From positions 17,732,001 through 17,796,000 of the forward strand of contig CP158635.1 of assembly GCA_050273025.1 (NCBI GenBank): DNA of 64,000 bases, written 5' to 3'. The translations under genes were made by a program, and so were the position numbers. The stretch is from Cenococcum geophilum (lineage: Eukaryota). The notes under the pieces are model-generated. The model had not been told where the DNA came from, ran no database searches, and saw only the letters and a program-made list of their open reading frames with translations. Positions 13,799-24,859 of this stretch are shown here, piece after piece. Within the stretch, counting starts at the first letter, position 1. Each line of letters starts with the position of its first letter.

Positions 13799-13878
13799 AA
13801 TATATAAGGAGCTAGTTTATCTCCCCTTTTAATTCGTTTATCTAGTATATAGGTTTTACAGCCGTATATATGCATATA

Positions 13879-13963
13879 GCCCGCGAAGCCCTACTGCACG
13901 CGTCCACGTCGCCGCGGGTGGAAACATCATTAGGAATCAATTCCTTTTGATGGCCAAGTGCAG
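13879..13963 (+). ncRNA. HDV-like self-cleaving ribozyme (predicted, canonical)
   Basis: P1 GCCCGCG (13879-85) / CGCGGGT (13913-19) with G1-U; P2 CTGCAC (13894-99) / GTGCAG (13958-63); P3 GCG/CGC; L3 TCCACGT; P1.1 CC/GG (13920-21); P4 CATCA..AGGAAT/ATTCCT..TGATG; J4/2 GCCAA. Confidence 0.9.
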
Positions 13964-13968
13964 AGGCG

Positions 13969-14340
13969 ATGGTAGAGAGCCGCCGCAGCGCGTGCAGCGC
14001 GCTGTCGTCGCGGTTCTGTGGTGTTGAGCTCGCGACGCGTACGATGTATCGTATAAAGCTTCGCACAAAGCATCGCCCTCAACAACACCAGGAGCCTTAC
14101 TGCCTCCGCTTGAGGCTCCTGCTCTACCACCTAGGGAGGCCTATTAAGGGAAACTGGGATACGAAAACCACCCGATGTACGACTACCTGGCTCGTAGCCA
14201 GGCCCGAAACTGGCCTTATTAGCCAGTCGACGTGGACGCGTCCTAGGCGTACGACAGGACACCCTTGGGCTTGCACTAGCTCTGAGACCGTAGGGACACG
14301 GCGAGGGCGTAGGGAACCTCTTTTTATAAGAACTTGTTAA
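13969..14340 (+). CDS. Possible 123-aa ORF directly downstream of the ribozyme; unknown product
   Basis: Longest ORF in the supplied track, with its ATG 5 nt after the ribozyme. No recognisable domain; may be a chance ORF in GC-rich sequence. Confidence 0.2.
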   Translation: MVESRRSACSALSSRFCGVELATRTMYRIKLRTKHRPQQHQEPYCLRLRLLLYHLGRPIKGNWDTKTTRCTTTWLVARPETGLISQSTWTRPRRTTGHPWACTSSETVGTRRGRREPLFIRTC

Positions 14341-16866
14341 GGTTAACGCGTCGCAGATACCTCGTACGAAACTTGTTAAGGCCCCAAGGCCACCGCGAAG
14401 AACTTGTTAAGGCCCCTGCCTAGAGAACTCGTTAAGGCCCCTCTATGAGGGCCTATCTGGTATCTGGTACTCCCAGGTGACTCAGAAGAGGGTCTTAATA
14501 GGCGTGGTGCGCGCGACCTGGACGCGACAGTGACGCGATAGCGACGCGACGGCGACCAGACGGCTCGACGAGGTGGAAACACGGGCAAAGCTCTAGGCAG
14601 CGGAAACACAGGCCAGCTTCGACGGCCCCATGGCGACCAGGTGACTCACAGGAGGGTCTTAATAGGCGTGGTGCACGCAACCTGCGCATATACATATGGG
14701 GGAGGCTCTAAGGAAACACAGGCCAGTCGTACGAGGTCTCGACAGTTAGAGACACAGGCCAGCTTATAAAAAGGGGGGACACAAGCTTGGTTAGTAGGAG
14801 AGGGCAGAGCAGGTCGCCTGGCGCGGGACCGAGCATCTACGACCCCTCCTGCAAGACACGGTCGGCCTGTTATGAGGAGACTCTTACAGGCAACGCGAAA
14901 CGGAGACTAGTAGTATATAGGGTGTTGCGCCCCTATACTACTACTAGCCCCCGCGGGGCGTAGTGCGTAGTAGCCACTGCTGGCTCTAGGGACCTCACCC
15001 CTTAGCTGGGCTCTGACCCCTAGTGCACCTGGTAGGTAGGCAGGATTACGTCCTGGCCGGAGAGACTACTACGTGGCTCGAGAGAACGGATGCGCGTGTT
15101 GGTGTACTAATAGACAGGACTGCTCGCTAGGGCAGTACGCTAGTGAGGTACGCTTAAGGAGCAAACAGGAGTTACTTAGGCGGGAGAGGTTTGGCAGGCC
15201 TTAACTGTAGAAGGTGCACCCACTCCACACTGCAGGATGCAGCCACGACGCCCTTGTAGGATTACGCCAGTAGGCGCGTGAGACGGGAGTTGCGACCCCT
15301 GCAAATGGCAGCTTATGCCCGTGCCGGCGGAAACAATGAAGAGAGGCGTGAAACTAGAGGCTATGGAAGGCTCCTAAGCCGTGCGAAAGCGTACCAACTC
15401 TAGGAGGAAACTCTTATACAGACTGCTAGGGGGCAGACTGGTACTTGGGCTAACCCCATTATAAGATATCCGTAAGAACTGGTGAGAATCCCTGTGCGAT
15501 TGGTGGTGGCAGCTAACTGCTTGTGGCTGGGATAAAGCACTGGAAAACTGAGGTAGAGGCCTGGATAAGCAGGCATAGTAAACTCTACTGTATTATTAGT
15601 ACTACTAGTATATATAACTACCTGCCAGTCTACAGCCATTGTGCTGCAGACGACCTCTACTACAACCAGTCTACGGCTGTCGCGCTATAGGCAATCAAAC
15701 TATAGAGGACCGAAGGCGTACCGCAGGCGTACCGCAGGCGCACCGCAGACGATGCACTGCTAGGGTAGCTATAGTAGGGGATAGGGGAAGGGGGCTGGCC
15801 TGTGTTACTATTAGCACGTAAAATATAAGGTGTATAGGGGAATTGGTATTTATACCCTATACAGACAACCTTGTGAAAATTTTTCCTACTAGGGTGGGTT
15901 TATGTAGCAAGGTTCGCCCTTCTAAAATACTATTAGTAGCCTACTTTTGGGGAGAGTAGCTATTAATTACTAATTCCCTACCTATTCTTAAGCAAGGAGA
16001 AGAATAGGTTACATTACCGAAAAAAGTCGTATAGGAATAACTGGTAGTTGTCTCCAAGCTGGCAAACTATATAGAGCCCTTTGTTTTTATATGCAAATGT
16101 TACTAAATCTATCTTTTAGAGCGCTTTTTCTACTCTAGAAACGGCAGAATACAGCAGAAATAGATAAAAGAGCCAGGATTTCTTTATTTCCTTGGTGCAA
16201 ACTAAATATTAGAGAGCAAAATACCAGGACAAAACTCCCCTAGCATTTAAAACGGACCAGAGTGTCCACTTAGTTACTAGTACATGTTAAGCTGCCTAGG
16301 AAGGATTCATGTATATAGGACTATAGCGCCATAGCCTAGAGGCTGCATGCGCAGTATTGTACATAGTATAATACAATTGGATATAAAAAAAAAAAATATA
16401 AAAAAAAATATGCATATAGGTAAGTAAAGGCAGCTTATTATAGGCAACCTTATAGGGAGTTCTCTACCCTAGCTGTTTATTTAGTATTTAATTAAGGGCG
16501 TATCTAGCGGTAAGGAACGCCTCTAGTCCTAAAAACGGGGGTAAGGAAGCTTCTAGCTATATAGCCCTAGATTATTCTATAAGGGTTTCGTCTAAATTAT
16601 TTAGCTTTGCCATTTTATTCCCTTATATACAGGGCTTGGCATTTAAAAGTAATGCCTTTATCTGCGCACTATGTCTATAGGATATCTCCTATCTATCTAA
16701 AAGCTCGCTTATTATCGCTCTAAAAGAAGATAACATCTTAGTAGAATTATATTTTAATTAGCTAGTAAGTCTTACGAATAATAGGTAGGATAGTAGCTTT
16801 ATCCTTATTCTTAGAGGTATATATAAAATTAAATTTAGAATATATGCAATAGAAGTGTATTATATA

Positions 16867-17889
16867 GTAATAGTTCTTTAATTAACGTCTAATACGGATC
16901 CTATCTTGGCCTACGCAGACTACTCCGTTATAGGGGGGAAAGCTTATAATTTACATAAAGAAAACCCTGCAGTTAGGGGAGGAAAAACCCTATAAGCAGC
17001 CTTAGTAGGATAAAAAAACCCCGATTTGCCATATTTGTACGTAGCAGCGGCCCTACGGGCCTACTACACATCCTCCTCCTTAGATGTTTTAAACTCCTTA
17101 GGAACTACTACTTCCTTCTCTAGCTTATTAAAGCTAGGGTTCACTACGTCCCAGCTAGGCCTTACTAATCGATTGCTATATCTTATTGTCTCTTTATGTC
17201 CTATATCTTGCCTATCCCCTATATGCTATCTCTTATATAGACCACTACTATATACGCCTTGCCTCCCCCCCCCCTAGAGCTATTAAAGGCGTAAGGGGGA
17301 TTCATCTATTCTAACTACCGTAATACTAATAAGCGAGCGGGATATTATGTGTATTTGGGTATCTTTTATACCTAGGCCCCAGCTAGGCCCTCTCTAAGGG
17401 TTACCACTCTGTTAAAAGGAGATAGGGAAAACCGTAGGTCGCAATCCAAGCTACTAGGTAGTATTTAGTAGTTAAAAACGGTAAGTAACCGTATGCTCCG
17501 CGGGCAACTGCCCTAGGGGTTAGGAGGGGCCGTATATTTGCTCGTTTATTCGTTCGCTTATATACTTATTTATCCGTTAATATAAGGTTGTTAATGCTTT
17601 CTATTAGGGGCTAGGGGATGCTTTTAAAAGCTATTTATCTACGTTGGATTATATAGGTGCTTAGTAGGAGAACTAGTGGCTGTATTATAAAGGAGTACCG
17701 TTAGTAGTGGTTTTTGAGATCTCACCATCCCATATAAAAACTTTTTACTACGCCCCACAACGTATATAACCACTAGGTCCTACTTACACGCGCTATATAA
17801 CGTCTCTGCGTTGGCTCTAGGTCTGAACTTTAAAGACCTAGGTTTATAGCCGTCACCACATATAGGTATAGAATCCGTTTTTGACGGCT
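16867..17889 (-). mobile_element. ~1.0 kb non-autonomous retroposon, family 1 copy b, with 5' HDV-like ribozyme and TAC tail
   Basis: 14-bp TSD AAGTGTATTATATA at 16853-16866 and 17890-17903; minus strand ends GAACTATTAC; same 5' start as copy a. Confidence 0.85.
17804..17889 (-). ncRNA. HDV-like ribozyme, RIP-damaged copy
   Basis: Minus strand reads AGCCGTC-AAAAACGGA-TTCTAT-ACC-TATATGT-GGT-GACGGCT-AT..CTAGGTCT..AGACCTAG-AGCCAAC-GCAGAG; it differs from 12784-12869 only by transitions. Confidence 0.7.
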
Positions 17890-18977
17890 AAGTGTATTAT
17901 ATATCTATTATCGTTATACCCTGGTTTTCTAAGGGTAATAATATTAAATGCTACCCACTTAAATAGTCGAGTGGCTAAAAATTCATATTCTTGTCTTTAA
18001 GAGATCTGCTATATATACTTTGCTAATAAGCAAGTTTCGCATTTAATTTTAAGCGGTGCTTATTTAGTAGTTAATTCGGTTAGCTCTACGCCATTAACGT
18101 ACTTAGGAAGCTGCTTAATAGCGTTAGGTCCTATATAGCTAAGTATTTTATACCATTTAATAGCTGTGGCTCTAACTAGTTTATAGGCCATATAGCTAGG
18201 CTAAAATCTCTTAGAGGTTAAGAATGTTAATTAAGTCGAATCTAGGGTATTTATAGGCTCTCTATATATCAGCGCCTAGTGGCCCCCTACTTATTTCGTA
18301 TAGTAGACTATTTCGTTAGTTGCTAGACGGTATAGTATATTTCGTCCTAAGTCAAAATAGACATCGTTATTAGTAGCTCTTAATAGAGCTATAATATTTG
18401 TAAATATAGTTAGTACTAGTGCTATATGGGATAGCTTTATTTTTAACTTCCTAGTAGGTATATTAACAGTAATAGTTACTATTCTATAGGCTTGTATTTT
18501 TTCAAAATTTCCGCCAGTAATTAGGTAGTCGTCTTTTATAGCTAGGTAGGAGAAGGTAAAGTCTTCTTAGTTATTATAGACGTGGGTATCTACACTAGGG
18601 TTAAGTATTTAGGTATTCTAGAGTTTAAATAGAAATTAACTAGTACTAAACACGGCAGCATAGCTAGTTAGGGTCTTAGACGGTGGGGTTTTAGAATTAA
18701 AATTAATTGTAAATTCTATACTCTTTACTTCCTATTCTTTTTTTAAAATGTAGTTAACTATATATCTAACCTAGGGTATAGAAGACATCATTTCTTCTAT
18801 TTTTTTAAGGACGTCTGGCCTTGGTTTCCACCCTTAAGGGCACTTCTACTCGGCAATATAGTAGCAGTCGCTATATCGATGTTTGCGACTATAGATGCAT
18901 TTCTTATACCATTTTAAATTAGGATTTGAATTGGGGTTAAAATCTAAATTAGAATTGGAATTGCCTTATAGGGTTAT

Positions 18978-21900
18978 TGTTGGGAATAGGGCAAATTGCC
19001 GCCATGTGAGGCAAATTGCCGTCACATGGGGCAAGTTGCCGTCACGTGTCGCCGCGGCGCTAGCGTGGCGAGGAGCCTTAAGCTCTTTGCCCTTCCTAAT
19101 AGAAGAAATATATATAATAACAACCATTATACTACCTACAGTCTGTAGATACGTGATATTACCTTATAAGTCCAACACTAATTAGTGGTTAACTTTACAG
19201 TTATGCTATAGAATAGCTAGGTATTCACCAAGAAGAGATAAGCCACTGTACCAGTGCTACTCGTGCTAAGGGAAGCTGTTTTTTAAGGTTAGAACTGGTC
19301 CTAAACCTTAAATAGAATTCTTTTATAAATCTAAGGATCTAAAGGCCAGAACTGGTCCTAAGCCTTCCCCAGATTATAGATTCTTGCGTCTATTACGCAG
19401 AATAACACGCTTTACGAGTCTTTGTAATTTAAGGCTAGAACTAGTCCTAAGCCCTATAATCGCAAATATATGTCATAAACGCGTACTAAACAATAATCCC
19501 TATACCACTAATATTCCCTTCCTCTAAAGATATAACTATGGCCACTCTAAACGACTAGAGAGACTCCTTACTACTAGGGGTAGCTATATACGCGAAACTT
19601 ATTAATAAAGATTAGGACGCATTTACCTTTAATATAATAACCTATACTATAAAATAAGTTAACGGCTTTTTTTTACACTATATTCTATTCTACCAAGATA
19701 GCTATTACGCCTATTTACAGTTATGGGAATACTTTAGGGAGGGTTTTATAGGATGGACCGCCGATACCTAGGCACTTGGCAATATTAATATTATTTAGGA
19801 TTTTTAAGACTCCCTCTAAAGGAATAGGGTGTATATTACTAAGGACGGTAACCTAATTATTAGTAATATTTACGCCGTTCTTATTAGTATAGAAGAACTA
19901 GTATAGACGGAAGCTAAGATTATACGTTAACTACGGAAACCTAAAATTAACCTATATTCTTTAGAAGGCAACTTTAATTTGGAACGAAACTCCTAGAACG
20001 CTACTTTCCTACCTAGAGGTACTCTCCTACCTAGAGATGCTCTTCCTTTACCTCTACTACCTCTAACTCCTCTATCCTAGCTAACTAATAAGCCTTTATT
20101 TTAAGAAGTCACGAATCTAATAAAGGTATATTTAGATAAAGAGAAGAAGTTTAGAGGAGAATTATACGATATACTTGGAGTAAAACTATAGGTCTTTTAT
20201 AACTGCTGTAATAAGGTTAGAATTTAACGCTACTAGTTCTATTATGCTTTCTCTATTATATTAAAGGGACGGGCGGCAACGTTCTATTACGACTATATTA
20301 TAGGTAAAAACTATAGCTTTAATATAATGCTTTAGCTTACTAGAGCCTACTTTAAAACTAATAAAAACCGCTAACTCTATATATCTAAATAGCGGGAGAC
20401 TATATTCTAGAGAGTTATCGCTTCTAACCTAACAATGATTTACCTAGAGTGTCTTTAACTACTCTTTAATAAACTTTAGAAAATTTAATATGGTTTTACT
20501 AAAACCTACTAAAACAAGAATAGTCTAAGGGACTAGGTTATCTTAGCATACTATAGCGTTCTTAAGTGTAACTTAGCGCTATATAAACCTGTAGATATAT
20601 TTAAAGGAGTATATACCAAACTACGCTCTGCTATAGGCACTGTAATATAAATATAAAAACCCCAATAATTCTATACTAAAAACCCTATTTAAACCGGGAT
20701 TCTAGACTAATATAATTATAACTAGACTAATCGAATATATGGTGGCCGGAGTAGGGGATATAGTAAAGGGTATAATTAACGTTGACTATAAAGCAATTAT
20801 AGAGGTCCTTATAGAGGTTTATTTTAGAATAACTATTAGAAGAAGTGCTATATTTATAAGAAGCCAAATTGCTAGTTAAATAAATACTCTCTTAATAAGC
20901 AAAAGGAGGCATATAATAAGTTTTAATAAAGTGTAAGAAATATTGGAAATTATAAGGTTACTATAGCCTACTTCCAAAGCTTTTTAGTCTAATATAAAGG
21001 CATAGAAGACCTTAAGGATAAGGTTAATAAGGCCGAATAGCTCCTTATAGATATAGATATTAAGGACTACTCTCCCGACCAATACTTTACTAAGTATGGT
21101 AAGGTAAATGGCATATAAACTATCGCTATCCTTAATAACCAATCTACGTTCTATTCTATTATAAAGTTAGATATCTTTAACGAGCTAAAGGAAAGTTCCG
21201 CGTTTTCCTTTAACGACAGATACTTAGCGAATATCTTCTATAGTATTATACTAGATACTAGAGCCGTAGGAGTATCTATAGTAGGAGAACCTTAAGTTTA
21301 AGCTCTTTAGTAGCTTAATAGCTCTATTTAAATTAACTAATTAACGGCAGGCTAATATATAATTTACTTTAGTAAGGGTACTATAATCTCTTTCGGCACA
21401 ATTAAGGTCTAAACCCTATTAGGATATATTACCTTCTACATTATTCCCACAAATACCCTATTCCTATTCTGTATCTAAGATATAGATAAATTAGGCGTTA
21501 AGCTTAATAACCTTAAGAATATACTTATTTAGGGAGATAATTAGGTGCCCATTATACGCAAATAGGGTTACCCTTAGTTACTCCTCTAATAACCAGAAAG
21601 GAGCGTTACTTAAAGTCACTTAACCAAGTCAGAGCTATATTAACTACACCGTTGTTTTGGCCACCTATCTATTTACTAACTGCTTAGGGTTCTTTAACAA
21701 GTAGGTTATAAAGTTAAGGTTAAGGCAATTAAGCATCTTATAAAGTACTATTATTACTGCTAAATAAACCAGAAGTCCCCTGGCCAATTTAAGTTCACCC
21801 TTAAAGATAACTATAACTTTAACTTCTATATTATTATTAATGTTATATATCTTAACGGCAAGCTAGTCCTCTAAGCTATTAACTTATTAACCTCCTTCTA

Positions 21901-24859
21901 AGCCGCACGTTTCTTAAGGGATATATTAGCTAGAAACGTATAGGATACCCTTTAGTTATGCTAGATCGATGTCTACCTAGGACCCCCTAATTAAATTATT
22001 CACGATATAGGAAAGAACTTCTTATCTATAGAGTTTCGATAATAGGCAAAAGTAATAGCAATTAAGGTTAAGGAAGTCCCTATTAAGGCATATAATAGTA
22101 TTAAAAAAGTAAAGCGATACTATACGCCATTGCGCTAAGTATATAAGATTATTTCTTTAGAACTAGAGAACGCTAGTAAAGAAATTATCTTATAGATGGC
22201 TGTTAAGGCCATTAACGATTCCGCTGGCCTAGATGGGCTCATACCCACGTTACTAGTCTTTAGCGCTTACCCTTAAATAACTAATAATTCTCCACTATCT
22301 CCCTCTATTGTGTAATAAGCTAAGGCTATTCGTAAAGTAATAAAGGAGGTATAACGTCTATACGCTATGCGCTAGGTTAATAACGCACTAGGAATAAGAA
22401 ATGGCCTAAATACCTTAACTACGCTTAATCTGCCACTCTAATCTAAAGTACGGGTATAGCGTAAAAAGGGAGGATGGTTAGGCCCACATAAACTTATTAT
22501 AATTAATGGTTAAACTTATACTCTTTAGATACCCCATAGACCTACTTAATTCCGTTTAACCGTTATTAGGCTTTATTACAAAGATAATAGTTCTAAGCCT
22601 TTATAGGATGCCCTAGAAGATGCCTTAGAAGATACCCTAGAGGAGAACTACGATTAATGTGTCCTAGAAGGCGACTGTGATCCTAATATAATTATAGTAG
22701 ACGTGCCGTAACCACGACGCGGTAGAGGTCGCCTAAAGGGATTACGAAATCGCCAATATCTTATTAATTTTAAAGAGCAATTTGTTGCTACTATAGAGAG
22801 TAAAGTCAAGTTATTAATGGCCTTTATAACAGCTAAAGAGAAGGCTAACTTTAAGCTCGCAAAATAGCTCTAAAAGGAAGGTCGTATTATAACTTTAGGA
22901 GCTCCTTTCTAAGTATCTAATAAGTAGGAAATCGACAGTCTTATTGCAAGAGAAGTCTTTAAATTTGAGAAGTATGACCCTACCAAGTTTGATAGAATTC
23001 GCATCTTTAAGTTAAGAATGGTCAACGAGATTAAGGGTAAGGCTACTAACGCCCTATTTAAGAAATTAAGGCTTGTTATCTAAGGCTACAATAATAACGG
23101 TAAGGAGACGATCCTTACGTAATTCCCTACGATTTAATAAGCTAGTTAGCGAGTTATTATTGCACTAGCTCCCTCCTTAATAAAGAACAGAATGGCAGTT
23201 TATTTGCGAGATATTACTTAGGCCTACACCTAATTAAAAACGCGCCTTTAGCGCTTAATACTAGTATATCTTCTAGAGCAAATTCGCCACTAATATCCCA
23301 AAGATACGATTATGGTTGTGCTTAAGCCACTATATAGAATTATAGAGGTAGGAACTTATTAGTGGGCTACCTATAACAAGCACCATAAAGAGAAGCTTCT
23401 AATAACTACCTCTATATTCGATCCCTACTTCCTTATTATAACCACAGAAACTCCATTCGAAATTATCGGTATATAAACTAATAATATAATTATCTTAGGA
23501 GACAATTAATTCTTAGCTTTTAAGGAAGATGAGCTAGTAAAGGCAAATCTTATAGTAAAGCTAAAGGAAAGACTTAATATAATAACGCCATTACTCTTTA
23601 ATGGATGTATCCTTTCCCTAAACAAGAACTCTATTGCTTTACGCCAGAAGGGTTAAGGTAAGAAGATTAACGTTGTTAACGTTAATTCCCTAAAATAAGG
23701 ATACGTAAAGCAACGCGCTTGCGGAGCTTATATTGCTTCTATCTGTTAGCCTAAGGCTTTCTTTAATCTCTCTATTGCCGCTTAACACTAGGAACTAACT
23801 AAGGAGGATATTTTTGCCCTAAATAAGCGCCTTTCCTAGCAAATAACCTATCTTAATTGGGGACTACTCTATATATCTATTAATCTTCCCACCGCTAAGC
23901 TCTTTATATTTATTAATGGGTTATTTATAAATAATAAAGATTTTAGCTTCTAGCTAGGATATAAGATTATTATTGCAAATAAATCTACTAGAGAGAATAA
24001 CTTTATAATCTATAGTAATCTTATCTATTAGAGCTTAACTAAAAGTAAGCGCGTTACTTAAAGCGTTTTAGTATTAGAGATATATAGAATAGTTAGCGGA
24101 GTTAATATAGCAATTGCAATTGGAACTACCCTTAAGATAATTATAGATCGGCTTAAACTTCCCGCTATTTCTATAATCATATATACTAACTTATATTCCC
24201 TCTATAAGTGTTTAGTCAAGCTTAGTACTATAAAGGAGAAGCGTCTTATAATTAATATTATAGCCCTTCGGTAATCCTATAAGCGTTAAAAACTCTTTAA
24301 AATTTAATGGATTAATGGCTAAGATAACCTAGTAGATGCGATAATAAAGGCAAACCCAAATAAGATACTAGAGACGTTTGTTAACACAAATACTCTATAT
24401 ATATAAGTTAAAGGTTAGGTTAAAAGGGAGTAGAAGGATTCTATAGACCCTAATTCTAAATAGCTAATTAGGATTTTCCATCCCTAGGATAAAAAATTGC
24501 TATTAGCTCGCTTACGACTAGCGCCTTAGCGGCCCACTCGTCTTCGCGTTAACCCCTAACACCCTTCTTCTTCTTCTTCCTTCCCTTAGCTTTATACCTT
24601 TATATAGTAGCAATCTATAAGTGTCTATAGATGGTAACTATAAAAAGAAGAGTTGCTAGTGTTAGGAATAGGGTAAATTGCCGCCATGTGAGGCAAATTG
24701 CCGTCACATGGGGCAAGTTGCCGTCACGTGTCGCTGTGGCGCTAGCGTGGCGAGGAGCCTTAAGCTCTTCGCCCTTCCTGATAGAAGAAATATATATAAT
24801 AACAACCATCATACTACCTATAGTCTGTAGATACGTGATATCACCTTGTGAGTCCAACA
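18978..24859 (+). mobile_element. GalEa-clade Ty1/Copia LTR retrotransposon, full length, RIP-inactivated, inserted in Copia A gag
   Basis: 200-bp LTRs 18978-19177 and 24660-24859 (TGTT...AACA); TSD GTTAT (18973-77, 24860-64); CTAATTAGT (RIP form of CTGATCAGT) right after the 5' LTR; Cx2Cx4Cx4H knuckle ~20845-20888; K(S)RLVI(Q)G ~23063; G(MQ)T(DD) ~23468; N(PA)DA(MT)K ~24326. Confidence 0.9.

Larger units (their letters stand above)
13879..16407 (+). mobile_element. ~2.5 kb non-autonomous non-LTR retroposon, family 2, with 5' HDV-like ribozyme and poly(A) tail
   Basis: 11-12 bp TSD ATATGCATATA(G) at 13868-13879 and 16408-16419; A-rich tail 16385-16408; no RT or endonuclease motifs seen; GC-richer than its surroundings; Copia integrase resumes across it (..HMH(V)YGCK..). 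Confidence 0.85.

Noticed and set aside
14328..14770. CRISPR-like repeat-spacer array
   Set aside because: Repeats are few, irregular in length and spacing, and the context is fungal with no cas genes.
14860..14905. Hammerhead ribozyme (CTGTTATGAG...GAAAC)
   Set aside because: It lacks the CUGANGA core and a consistent three-stem junction.
12784..17889. A single 5.1 kb Mutator/foldback-like element with ~1 kb terminal inverted repeats
   Set aside because: Each 'arm' has its own 14-16 bp TSD and tail, and host Copia integrase sequence (13814-13878, 16420-16852) lies between the inserts. These are independent insertions in opposite orientation.
12783..17890. Apparent deletion of the Copia A integrase core
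   Set aside because: The core is present, split between the nested insertions.
18895..19185. ORFs at 18895-19185, 24615-24857 and 24631-24942
   Set aside because: They are chance frames across the GalEa LTRs and their junctions.
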